Shown here one piece after another: positions 38,801 through 51,900 of a stretch of DNA of 64,000 nucleotides. Made by a program: the position numbers and the translations under genes. How positions within the stretch are numbered: the stretch's first letter is position 1; every line of letters begins with the position of its first letter. The DNA comes from Azolla caroliniana (lineage: Eukaryota > Plantae > Polypodiophyta). The stretch spans positions 1 through 64,000 of the forward strand of contig JBHGNT010000149.1 of NCBI GenBank assembly GCA_043228905.1, read 5' to 3'. The notes under the pieces were generated by a model. That model saw only the letters and a list, made by a program, of their open reading frames with translations, had not been told where the DNA came from and made no database searches.

Positions 38801-41636
38801 GAACTAAAAAATCAAGATTTTGAAACTCAGGTCCAGAAATATGAAGAAATTAGCAATCTTGAGGAGGGAGTTGAGAGGAGCCCTTGAGTACATTAAAATG
38901 TTCATACCTGGCTCGTGTGATATCGGATTTTTGTGTTCAAACATGCGAATCGAAGCTAACAATGCTAGCTATGACATGGTATTAAAAAATCAAGATTTTG
39001 AAACTCAAGTCGAGAGACATGACGAAATTACCTAATTTGAGGAGGGAGTTGAGACGACCTAGTAGGTAAATTAAAATGTTCATACCTGGCTCGTGTGATA
39101 TCGGATTTTTGTGTTCAAACATGCGAATCAAAGCTAACAACGCTAGCTATGATATGGAACTAAAAAATCAAGATTTTGAAACTCAGGTCGAGAGATATGA
39201 AGAAATTAGCAATCTTGAGGAGGGAGTTGAGAGGAGCCCTTGAGTACATTAAAATGTTCATACCTGGCTCGTGTGATATCGGATTTTTGTGTTCAAACAT
39301 GCGAATCGAAGCTAACATTGCTAGCTATGACATGGTATTAAAAAATCAAGATTTTGAAACTCAAGTCGAGAGATATGAAGAAATTAGCAATCTTGAGGAG
39401 GGAGTTGAGAGGAGCCCTTGCGTAAATTAAAATGTTCATACCTGGCTCGTGTGATATCGGATTTTTGTGTTCAAACATGCGAATCGAAGCTAACAATGCT
39501 AGCTATGACATGGTATTAAAAAATCAAGATTTTGAAACTCAGGTCGAGAGATATGAAGAAATTAGCAATCTTGAGGAGGGAGTTGAGAGGAGCCCTTGAG
39601 TAAATTAAAATGTTCATACCTGGCTCGTGTGATATCGGATTTTTGTGTTCAAACATGCGAATCGAAGCTAACAACGCTAGCTATGATATGGTATTAAAAA
39701 ATCATGATTTTGAAACTCAGGTCGAGAGACATGACGAAATTACCAAATTGGAGGAGGGAGTTGAGAGGAGCCCTTGAGTATATTAAAATGTTCATACCTG
39801 GCGCGTGTGATATCGGATTTTTGTGTTCCAACATGCGAATCGAAGCTAACAACGCTAGCTATGACATGGTATTAAAAAATCAAGATTTTGAAACTCAGGT
39901 CGAGAGACATGAAGAAATTAGCAATCTTGAGGAGGGAGTTGAGAGGAGCCCTTGAGTAAATTAAAATGTTCATACCTGGCTCGTGTGATATCGGTTTTTT
40001 GTGTTCAAACATGCGAATCGAAGCTAAAAACGCTAGCTATGATATGGTATTCAAAAATCATGATTTCGAAATTGAGGTCGAGAGACATGAAGAAATTAGC
40101 AATCTTGAGGAGGGAGTTGAGAGGAGCCCTTGAGTACATTAAAATGTTCATACCTGGCTCGTGTGATATCGGATTTTTGTGTTCAAACATGCGAATCGAA
40201 GCTAACAACGCTAGCTATTATATGGAACTAAAAAATCAAGATTTTGAAACTCAGGTCCAGAAATATGAAGAAATTAGCAATCTTGAGGAGGGAGTTGAGA
40301 GGAGCCCTTGAGTACATTAAAATGTTCATACCTGGCTCGTGTGATATCGGATTTTTGTGTTCAAACATGTGAATCGAAGCTAACAACGCTAGCTATTCAA
40401 TGGAACTAAAAAATCAAGATTTTGAAACTCAGGTCGAGAGATATGAAGAAATTAGCAATCTTGAGGAGGGAGTTGAGAGGAGCCCTTGAGTACATTAAAA
40501 TGTTCATACCTGGCGCGTGTGATATCTGATTTTTGTGTTCAAACATGCGAATCGAAGCTAACAACGCTAGCTATTATATGGAACTAAAAAGTCAAGATTT
40601 TGAAACTCAGGTCGAGAGATATGAAGAAATTAGCAATCTTGAGGAGGGAGTTGAGAGGAGCCCTTGAGTACATTAAAATGTTCATACCTGGCGCGTGTGA
40701 TATCGGATTTTTGTGTTCAGACATGCGAATCGAAGCTAACAACGCTAGCTATTCTATGGAACTAAAAAATCAAGATTTTGAAATTGAGGTCGAGAGACAT
40801 GAAGAAATTAGCAATCTTGAGGAGGGAGTTGAGAGGAGCCCTTGAGTATATTAAAATGTTTATACCTGGCTCGTGTGATATCGGATTTTTGTGTTCAAAC
40901 ATGCGAATCGAAGCTAACAACGCTAGCTATGACATGGTATTAAAAAATCAAGATTTTGACACTCAGGTCGAGAGACATGACGAAATTAGCAATCTTGAGG
41001 AGGGAGTTGAGAGGAGCCCTTGAGTAAATTAAAATGTTCATACCTGGCGCGTGTGATATCGGATGTTTGTGTTCAAACATGCGAATCGAAGCTAACAACG
41101 TTAGCTATGACATGGTATTAAAAAATCAAGATTTTGAAACTCAAGTCGAGAGACATAACGAAATTACCTAATTTGAGGAGTGAGTTGAGAAGACCTAGTA
41201 TGTAAATTAAAATGTTCATACCTGGCTCGTGTGATATCGGATTTTTGTGTTCAAACATGCGAATCGAAGCTAACAACGCTAGCTATTCTATGGAACTAAA
41301 AAATCAAGATTTTGAAACTCAGGTCGAGAGATATGAAGAAAATAGCAATCTTGAGGAGGGAGTTGAGAGGAGCCCTTGAGTACATTAAAATGTTCATACC
41401 TGGCGCGTGTGATATCTGATTTTTGTGTTCAAACATGCGAATCGAAGCTAACAACGCTAGCTATTATATGGAACTAAAAAGTCAAGATTTTGAAACTCAG
41501 GTCGAGAGATATGAAGAAATTAGCAATCTTGAGGAGGGAGTTGAGAGGAGCCCTTGAGTACATTAAAATGTTCATACCTGGCGCGTGTGATATCGGATTT
41601 TTGTGTTCAAACATGCGAATCGAAGCTAACAACACT

Positions 41637-44600
41637 AGCTATTCTATGGAACTAAAAAATCAAGATTTTGAAACTCAGGTCGAGAGATATGAAGAAATTA
41701 GCAATCTTGAGGAGGGAGTTGAGAGGAGCCCTTGAGTACATTAAAATGTTCATACCTGGCTCGTGTGATATCGGATTTTTGTGTTCAAACATGCGAATCG
41801 AAGCTAACAATGCTAGCTATGACATGGTATTAAAAAATCATGATTTTGAAACTCAGGTCGAGAGATATGAAGAAATTAGCAATCTTGAGGAGGGAGTTGA
41901 GAGGAGCCCTTGAGTACATTAAAATGTTCAGACCTGGCGCGTGTGATATCGGATTTTTGTGTTCAAACATGCGAATCGAAGCTAACAACGCTAGCTATTA
42001 TATGGAACAACGCTAGCTATTCATGATTTTGAAACTCAGGTCGAGAGACATGACGAAATTACCAAATTGGAGGAGGGAGTTGAGAGGAGCCCTTGAGTAT
42101 ATTAAAATGTTCATACCTGGCGCGTGTGATATCGGATTTTTGTGTTCCAACATGCGAATCGAAGCTAACAACGCTAGCTATGACATGCTATTAAAAAATC
42201 AAGAATTTGAAACTCAAGTCGAGAGACATGACGAAATTACCTAATTTGAGGAGGGAGTTGAGACGAGCCCTTGAGTACATTAAAATGTTCATACCTGGCT
42301 CGTGTGATATCGGATTTTTGTGTTCAAACATGCGAATGGAAGCTAACAATGCTAGCTATGACATGGTATTAAAAAATCAAGATTTTGAAACTCAAGTCGA
42401 GAGATATGAAGAAATTAGCAATCTTGAGGAGGGAGTTGAGAGGAGCCCTTGAGTAAATTAAAATGTTCATACCTGGCTCGTGTGATATCGGATTTTTGTG
42501 TTCAACCATGCGAATCAAAGCTAACAACGCTACCTATGATATGGAACTAAAAAATCATGATTTTGAAACTCAGGTCAAGAGATATGAAGAAATTAGCAAT
42601 GTTGAGGAGGGAGTTGAGAGGAGCCCTTGAGTACATTAAAATGTTCATACCTGGCGCGTGTGATATCGGATTTTTGTGTTCAGACATGCGAATCGAAGCT
42701 AACAACGCTAGCTATTCTATGGAACTAAAAAATCAAGATTTTGAAATTGAGGTCGAGAGACATGAAGAAATTAGCAATCTTGAGGAGGGAGTTGAGAGGA
42801 GCCCTTGAGTACATTAAAATGTTCATACCTGGCGCGTGTGATATCTGATTTTTGTGTTCAAACATGCGAATCGAAGCTAACAACGCTAGCTATTATATGG
42901 AACTAAAAAGTCAAGATTTTGAAACTCAGGTCGAGAGATATGAAGAAATTAGCAATCTTGAGGAGGGACTTGAGAGGAGCCCTTGAGTACATTAAAATGT
43001 TCATACCTGGCTCGTGTGATATCGGATTTTTGTGTTCAAACATGCGAATCAAAGCTAACAACGCTAGCTATTCTATGGAACTAAAAAATCAAGATTTTGA
43101 AACTCAGGTCGAGAGATATGAAGAAATTAGCAATCTTGAGGAGGGAGTTGAGAGGAGCCCTTGAGTACATTAAAATGTTCATACCTGGCTCGTGTGATAT
43201 CGGATTTTTGTGTTCAAACATGCGAATCGAAGCTAACAATGCTAGCTATGACATGGTATTAAAAAATCATGATTTTGAAACTCAGGTCGAGAGATATGAA
43301 GAAATTAGCAATCTTGAGGAGGGAGTTGAGAGGAGCCCTTGAGTACATTAAAATGTTCAGACCTGGCGCGTGTGATATCGGATTTTTGTGTTCAAACATG
43401 CGAATCGAAGCTAACAACGCTAGCTATTATATGGAACAACGCTAGCTATTCATGATTTTGAAACTCAGGTCGAGAGACATGACGAAATTACCAAATTGGA
43501 GGAGGGAGTTGAGAGGAGCCCTTGAGTATATTAAAATGTTCATACCTGGCGCGTGTGATATCGGATTTTTGTGTTCCAACATGCGAATCGAAGCTAACAA
43601 CGCTAGCTATGACATGCTATTAAAAAATCAAGAATTTGAAACTCAAGTCGAGAGACATGACGAAATTACCTAATTTGAGGAGGGAGTTGAGACGAGCCCT
43701 TGAGTACATTAAAATGTTCATACCTGGCTCGTGTGATATCGGATTTTTGTGTTCAAACATGCGAATGGAAGCTAACAATGCTAGCTATGACATGGTATTA
43801 AAAAATCAAGATTTTGAAACTCAAGTCGAGAGATATGAAGAAATTAGCAATCTTGAGGAGGGAGTTGAGAGGAGCCCTTGAGTAAATTAAAATGTTCATA
43901 CCTGGCTCGTGTGATATCGGATTTTTGTGTTCAACCATGCGAATCAAAGCTAACAACGCTACCTATGATATGGAACTAAAAAATCATGATTTTGAAACTC
44001 AGGTCAAGAGATATGAAGAAATTAGCAATGTTGAGGAGGGAGTTGAGAGGAGCCCTTGAGTACATTAAAATGTTCATACCTGGCGCGTGTGATATCGGAT
44101 TTTTGTGTTCAGACATGCGAATCGAAGCTAACAACGCTAGCTATTCTATGGAACTAAAAAATCAAGATTTTGAAATTGAGGTCGAGAGACATGAAGAAAT
44201 TAGCAATCTTGAGGAGGGAGTTGAGAGGAGCCCTTGAGTACATTAAAATGTTCATACCTGGCGCGTGTGATATCTGATTTTTGTGTTCAAACATGCGAAT
44301 CGAAGCTAACAACGCTAGCTATTATATGGAACTAAAAAGTCAAGATTTTGAAACTCAGGTCGAGAGATATGAAGAAATTAGCAATCTTGAGGAGGGACTT
44401 GAGAGGAGCCCTTGAGTACATTAAAATGTTCATACCTGGCTCGTGTGATATCGGATTTTTGTGTTCAAACATGCGAATCAAAGCTAACAACGCTAGCTAT
44501 TCTATGGAACTAAAAAATCAAGATTTTGAAACTCAGGTCGAGAGATATGAAGAAATTAGCAATCTTGAGGAGGGAGTTGAGAGGAGCCCTTGAGTACATT

Positions 44601-45925
44601 AAAATGTTCATACCTGGCTCGTGTGATATCGGATTTTTGTGTTCAAACATGCGAATCGAAGCTAACAATGCTAGCTATGACATGGTATTAAAAAATCATG
44701 ATTTTGAAACTCAGGTCGAGAGATATGAAGAAATTAGCAATCTTGAGGAGGGAGTTGAGAGGAGCCCTTGAGTACATTAAAATGTTCAGACCTGGCGCGT
44801 GTGATATCGGATTTTTGTGTTCAAACATGCGAATCGAAGCTAACAACGCTAGCTATTATATGGAACAACGCTAGCTATTCATGATTTTGAAACTCAGGTC
44901 GAGAGACATGACGAAATTACCAAATTGGAGGAGGGAGTTGAGAGGAGCCCTTGAGTATATTAAAATGTTCATACCTGGCGCGTGTGATATCGGATTTTTG
45001 TGTTCCAACATGCGAATCGAAGCTAACAACGCTAGCTATGACATGCTATTAAAAAATCAAGAATTTGAAACTCAAGTCGAGAGACATGACGAAATTACCT
45101 AATTTGAGGAGGGAGTTGAGACGAGCCCTTGAGTACATTAAAATGTTCATACCTGGCTCGTGTGATATCGGATTTTTGTGTTCAAACATGCGAATGGAAG
45201 CTAACAATGCTAGCTATGACATGGTATTAAAAAATCAAGATTTTGAAACTCAAGTCGAGAGATATGAAGAAATTAGCAATCTTGAGGAGGGAGTTGAGAG
45301 GAGCCCTTGAGTAAATTAAAATGTTCATACCTGGCTCGTGTGATATCGGATTTTTGTGTTCAACCATGCGAATCAAAGCTAACAACGCTACCTATGATAT
45401 GGAACTAAAAAATCATGATTTTGAAACTCAGGTCAAGAGATATGAAGAAATTAGCAATGTTGAGGAGGGAGTTGAGAGGAGCCCTTGAGTACATTAAAAT
45501 GTTCATACCTGGCGCGTGTGATATCGGATTTTTGTGTTCAGACATGCGAATCGAAGCTAACAACGCTAGCTATTCTATGGAACTAAAAAATCAAGATTTT
45601 GAAATTGAGGTCGAGAGACATGAAGAAATTAGCAATCTTGAGGAGGGAGTTGAGAGGAGCCCTTGAGTACATTAAAATGTTCATACCTGGCGCGTGTGAT
45701 ATCTGATTTTTGTGTTCAAACATGCGAATCGAAGCTAACAACGCTAGCTATTATATGGAACTAAAAAGTCAAGATTTTGAAACTCAGGTCGAGAGATATG
45801 AAGAAATTAGCAATCTTGAGGAGGGACTTGAGAGGAGCCCTTGAGTACATTAAAATGTTCATACCTGGCTCGTGTGATATCGGATTTTTGTGTTCAAACA
45901 TGCGAATCAAAGCTAACAACGCTAG
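41637..45925 (+). repeat. Three tandem copies of a 1429-bp (8-monomer) higher-order repeat
   Basis: Insertion markers at 42009, 43438 and 44867 and ORFs at 42023, 43452 and 44881 are spaced 1429 = 8x178 + 5. Only one copy is present at the matching place in duplication copy A. Confidence 0.92.
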
Positions 45926-48900
45926 CTATGATATGGAACTAAAAAATCAAGATTTTGAAACTCAGGTCGAGAGATATGAAGAAATTAGCAATCTTGAGGA
46001 GGGAGTTGAGAGGAGCCCTTGAGTACATTAAAATGTTCATACCTGGCTCGTGTGATATCGGATTTTTGTGTTCAAACATGCGAATCGAAGCTAACAATGC
46101 TAGCTATGACATGGTATTAAAAAATCAAGATTTTGAAACTCAAGTCGAGAGATATGAAGAAATTAGCAATCTTGAGGAGGGAGTTGAGAGGAGCCCTTGA
46201 GTAAATTAAAATGTTCATACCTGGCTCGTGTGATATCGGATTTTTGTGTTCAAACATGCGAATCGAAGCTAACAATGCTAGCTATGACATGGTATTAAAA
46301 AATCAAGATTTTGAAACTCAGGTCGAGAGATATGAAGAAATTAGCAATCTTGAGGAGGGAGTTGAGAGGAGCCCTTGAGTAAATTAAAATGTTCATACCT
46401 GGCTCGTGTGATATCGGATTTTTGTGTTTAAACATGCGAATCGAAGCTAACAACGCTAGCTATGATATGGTATTAAAAAATCATGATTTTGAAACTCAGG
46501 TCGATAGACATGACGAAATTAGCAATCTTGAGGAGGGAGTTGAGAGGAGCCCTTGAGTACATTAAAATGTTCATACCTGGCGCGTGTGATATCTGATTTT
46601 TGTGTTCAAACATGCGAATCGAAGCTAACAACGCTAGCTATTATATGGAACTAAAAAGTCAAGATTTTGAAACTCAGGTCGAGAGATATGAAGAAATTAG
46701 CAATCTTGAGGAGGGAGTTGAGAGGAGCCCTTGAGTACATTAAAATGTTCATACCTGGCGCGTGTGATATCGGATTTTTGTGTTCAGACATGCGAATCGA
46801 AGCTAACAACGCTAGCTATTCTATGGAACTAAAAAATCAAGATTTTGAAATTGAGGTCGAGAGACATGAAGAAATTAGCAATCTTGAGGAGGGAGTTGAG
46901 AGGAGCCCTTGAGTATATTAAAATGTTTATACCTGGCTCGTGTGATATCGGATTTTTGTGTTCAAACATGCGAATCGAAGCTAACAACGCTAGCTATGAC
47001 ATGGTATTAAAAAATCAAGATTTTGAAACTCAGGTCGAGAGATATGAAGAAATTAGCAATCTTGAGGAGGGAGTTGAGAGGAGCCCTTGAGTACATTAAA
47101 ATGTTCATACCTGGCTCGTGTGATATCGGATTTTTGTGTTCAAACATGCGAATCGAAGCTAACAACGCTAGCTATTATATGGAACTAAAAAGTCAAGATT
47201 TTGAAACTCAGGTCGAGAGATATGAAGAAATTAGCAATCTTGAGGAGGGAGTTGAGAGGAGCCCTTGAGTACATTAAAATGTTCATACCTGGCGCGTGTG
47301 ATATCGGATTTTTGTGTTCAAACATGCGAATCGAAGCTAACAATGCTAGCTATGACATGGTATTAAAAAATCAAGATTTTGAAACTCAGGTCGAGAGATA
47401 TGAAGAAATTAGCAATCTTGAGGAGGGAGTTGAGAGGAGCCCTTGAGTAAATTAAAATGTTCATACCTGGCGCGTGTGATATCGGATTTTTGTGTTCCAA
47501 CATGCGAATCGAAGCTAACAACGCTAGCTATGACATGGTATTAAAAAATTAAGATTTTGAAACTCAGGTCGAGAGATATGAAGAAATTAGCAATCTTGAG
47601 GAGGGAGTTGAGAGGAGCCCTTGAGTACATTAAAATGTTCATACCTGGCTCGTGTGATATCGGATTTTTGTGTTCAAACATGCGAATCGAAGCTAACAAT
47701 GCTAGCTATGACATGCTATTAAAAAATCAAGATTTTGAAACTCAGGTCGAGAGATATGAAGAAATTAGCAATCTTGAGGAGGGAGTTGAGAGGAGCCCTT
47801 GGGTAAATTAAAATGTTCATACCTGGCTCGTGTGATATCGGATTTTTGTGTTCAAACATGCGAATCGAAGCTAACAATGCTAGCTATGACATGGTATTAA
47901 AAAATCAAGATTTTGAAACTCAAGTCGAGAGATATGAAGAAATTAGCAATCTTGAGGAGGGAGTTGAGAGGAGCCCTTGAGTAAATTAAAATGTTCATAC
48001 CTGGTTCGTGTGATATCGGATTTTTGTGTTCAACCATGCGAATCAAAGCTAACAACGCTACCTATGATATGGAACTAAAAAATCATGATTTTGAAACTCA
48101 GGTCAAGAGATATGAAGAAATTAGCAATGTTGAGGAGGGAGTTGAGAGGAGCCCTTGAGTACATTAAAATGTTCATACCTGGCGCGTGTGATATCTGATT
48201 TTTGTGTTCAAACATGCGAATCGAAGCTAACAACGCTAGCTATTATATGGAACTAAAAAGTCAAGATTTTGAAACTCAGGTCGAGAGATATGAAGAAATT
48301 AGCAATCTTGAGGAGGGAGTTGAGAGGAGCCCTTGAGTACATTAAAATGTTCATACCTGGCGCGTGTGATATCGGATTTTTGTGTTCAAACATGCGAATC
48401 GAAGGTAACAACGCTAGCTATTATATGGAACTAAAAAATCAAGATTTTGAAACTCAGGTCCAGAAATATGAAGAAATTAGCAATCTTGAGGAGGGAGTTG
48501 AGAGGAGCCCTTGAGTACATTAAAATGTTCATACCTGGCTCGTGTGATATCGGATTTTTGTGTTCAAACATGCGAATCGAAGCTAACAATGCTAGCTATG
48601 ACATGGTATTAAAAAATCAAGATTTTGAAACTCAAGTCGAGAGACATGACGAAATTACCTAATTTGAGGAGGGAGTTGAGACGACCTAGTAGGTAAATTA
48701 AAATGTTCATACCTGGCTCGTGTGATATCGGATTTTTGTGTTCAAACATGCGAATCAAAGCTAACAACGCTAGCTATGATATGGAACTAAAAAATCAAGA
48801 TTTTGAAACTCAGGTCGAGAGATATGAAGAAATTAGCAATCTTGAGGAGGGAGTTGAGAGGAGCCCTTGAGTACATTAAAATGTTCATACCTGGCGCGTG

Positions 48901-51900
48901 TGATATCGTATTTTTGTGTTCAAACATGCGAATCGAAGCTAACAACGCTAGCTATTATATGGAACTAAAAAATCAAGATTTTGAAACTCAGGTCCAGAAA
49001 TATGAAGAAATTAGCAATCTTGAGGAGGGAGTTGAGAGGAGCCCTTGAGTACATTAAAATGTTCATACCTGGCTCGTGTGATATCGGATTTTTGTGTTCA
49101 AACATGCGAATCGAAGCTAACAATGCTAGCTATGACATGGTATTAAAAAATCAAGATTTTGAAACTCAAGTCGAGAGACATGACGAAATTACCTAATTTG
49201 AGGAGGGAGTTGAGACGACCTAGTAGGTAAATTAAAATGTTCATACCTGGCTCGTGTGATATCGGATTTTTGTGTTCAAACATGCGAATCAAAGCTAACA
49301 ACGCTAGCTATGATATGGAACTAAAAAATCAAGATTTTGAAACTCAGGTCGAGAGATATGAAGAAATTAGCAATCTTGAGGAGGGAGTTGAGAGGAGCCC
49401 TTGAGTACATTAAAATGTTCATACCTGGCTCGTGTGATATCGGATTTTTGTGTTCAAACATGCGAATCGAAGCTAACATTGCTAGCTATGACATGGTATT
49501 AAAAAATCAAGATTTTGAAACTCAAGTCGAGAGATATGAAGAAATTAGCAATCTTGAGGAGGGAGTTGAGAGGAGCCCTTGCGTAAATTAAAATGTTCAT
49601 ACCTGGCTCGTGTGATATCGGATTTTTGTGTTCAAACATGCGAATCGAAGCTAACAATGCTAGCTATGACATGGTATTAAAAAATCAAGATTTTGAAACT
49701 CAGGTCGAGAGATATGAAGAAATTAGCAATCTTGAGGAGGGAGTTGAGAGGAGCCCTTGAGTAAATTAAAATGTTCATACCTGGCTCGTGTGATATCGGA
49801 TTTTTGTGTTCAAACATGCGAATCGAAGCTAACAACGCTAGCTATGATATGGTATTAAAAAATCATGATTTTGAAACTCAGGTCGAGAGACATGACGAAA
49901 TTACCAAATTGGAGGAGGGAGTTGAGAGGAGCCCTTGAGTATATTAAAATGTTCATACCTGGCGCGTGTGATATCGGATTTTTGTGTTCCAACATGCGAA
50001 TCGAAGCTAACAACGCTAGCTATGACATGGTATTAAAAAATCAAGATTTTGAAACTCAGGTCGAGAGACATGAAGAAATTAGCAATCTTGAGGAGGGAGT
50101 TGAGAGGAGCCCTTGAGTAAATTAAAATGTTCATACCTGGCTCGTGTGATATCGGTTTTTTGTGTTCAAACATGCGAATCGAAGCTAAAAACGCTAGCTA
50201 TGATATGGTATTCAAAAATCATGATTTCGAAATTGAGGTCGAGAGACATGAAGAAATTAGCAATCTTGAGGAGGGAGTTGAGAGGAGCCCTTGAGTACAT
50301 TAAAATGTTCATACCTGGCTCGTGTGATATCGGATTTTTGTGTTCAAACATGCGAATCGAAGCTAACAACGCTAGCTATTATATGGAACTAAAAAATCAA
50401 GATTTTGAAACTCAGGTCCAGAAATATGAAGAAATTAGCAATCTTGAGGAGGGAGTTGAGAGGAGCCCTTGAGTACATTAAAATGTTCATACCTGGCGCG
50501 TGTGATATCTGATTTTTGTGTTCAAACATGCGAATCGAAGCTAACAACGCTAGCTATTATATGGAACTAAAAAGTCAAGATTTTGAAACTCAGGTCGAGA
50601 GATATGAAGAAATTAGCAATCTTGAGGAGGGAGTTGAGAGGAGCCCTTGAGTACATTAAAATGTTCATACCTGGCGCGTGTGATATCGGATTTTTGTGTT
50701 CAGACATGCGAATCGAAGCTAACAACGCTAGCTATTCTATGGAACTAAAAAATCAAGATTTTGAAATTGAGGTCGAGAGACATGAAGAAATTAGCAATCT
50801 TGAGGAGGGAGTTGAGAGGAGCCCTTGAGTATATTAAAATGTTTGTACCTGGCTCGTGTGATATCGGATTTTTGTGTTCAAACATGCGAATCGAAGCTAA
50901 CAACGCTAGCTATGACATGGTATTAAAAAATCAAGATTTTGACACTCAGGTTGAGAGACATGACGAAATTAGCAATCTTGAGGAGGGAGTTGAGAGGAGC
51001 CCTTGAGTAAATTAAAATGTTCATACCTGGCGCGTGTGATATCGGATGTTTGTGTTCAAACATGCGAATCGAAGCTAACAACGCTAGCTATGACATGGTA
51101 TTAAAAAATCAAGATTTTGAAACTCAAGTCGAGAGACATAACGAAATTACCTAATTTGAGGAGTGAGTTGAGAAGACCTAGTAGGTAAATTAAAATGTTC
51201 ATACCTGGCTCGTGTGATATCGGATTTTTGTGTTCAAACATGCGAATCGAAGCTAACAACGCTAGTTATTCTATGGAACTAAAAAATCAAGATTTTGAAA
51301 CTCAGGTCGAGAGACATGAAGAAATTACCTAATTTGAGGAGTGAGTTGAGAAGACCTAGTAGGTAAATTAAAATGTTCATACCTGGCTCGTGTGATATCG
51401 GATTTTTGTGTTCAAACATGCGAATCGAAGCTAACAACGCTAGTTATTCTATGGAACTAAAAAATCAAGATTTTGAAACTCAGGTCGAGAGACATGAAGA
51501 AATTAGCAATCTTGAGGAGGGAGTTGAGACGACCTAGTAGGTAAATTAAAATGTTCATACCTGGCTCGTGTGATATCGGATTTTTGTGTTCAAACATGCG
51601 AATCAAAGCTAACAACGCTAGCTATGATATGGAACTAAAAAATCAAGATTTTGAAACTCAGGTCGAGAGATATGAAGAAATTAGCAATCTTGAGGAGGGA
51701 GTTGAGAGGAGCCCTTGAGTACATTAAAATGTTCATACCTGGCTCGTGTGATATCGGATTTTTGTGTTCAAACATGCGAATCGAAGCTAACAACGCTAGC
51801 TATTATATGGAACTAAAAAATCAAGATTTTGAAACTCAGGTCCAGAAATATGAAGAAATTAGCAATCTTGAGGAGGGAGTTGAGAGGAGCCCTTGAGTAC

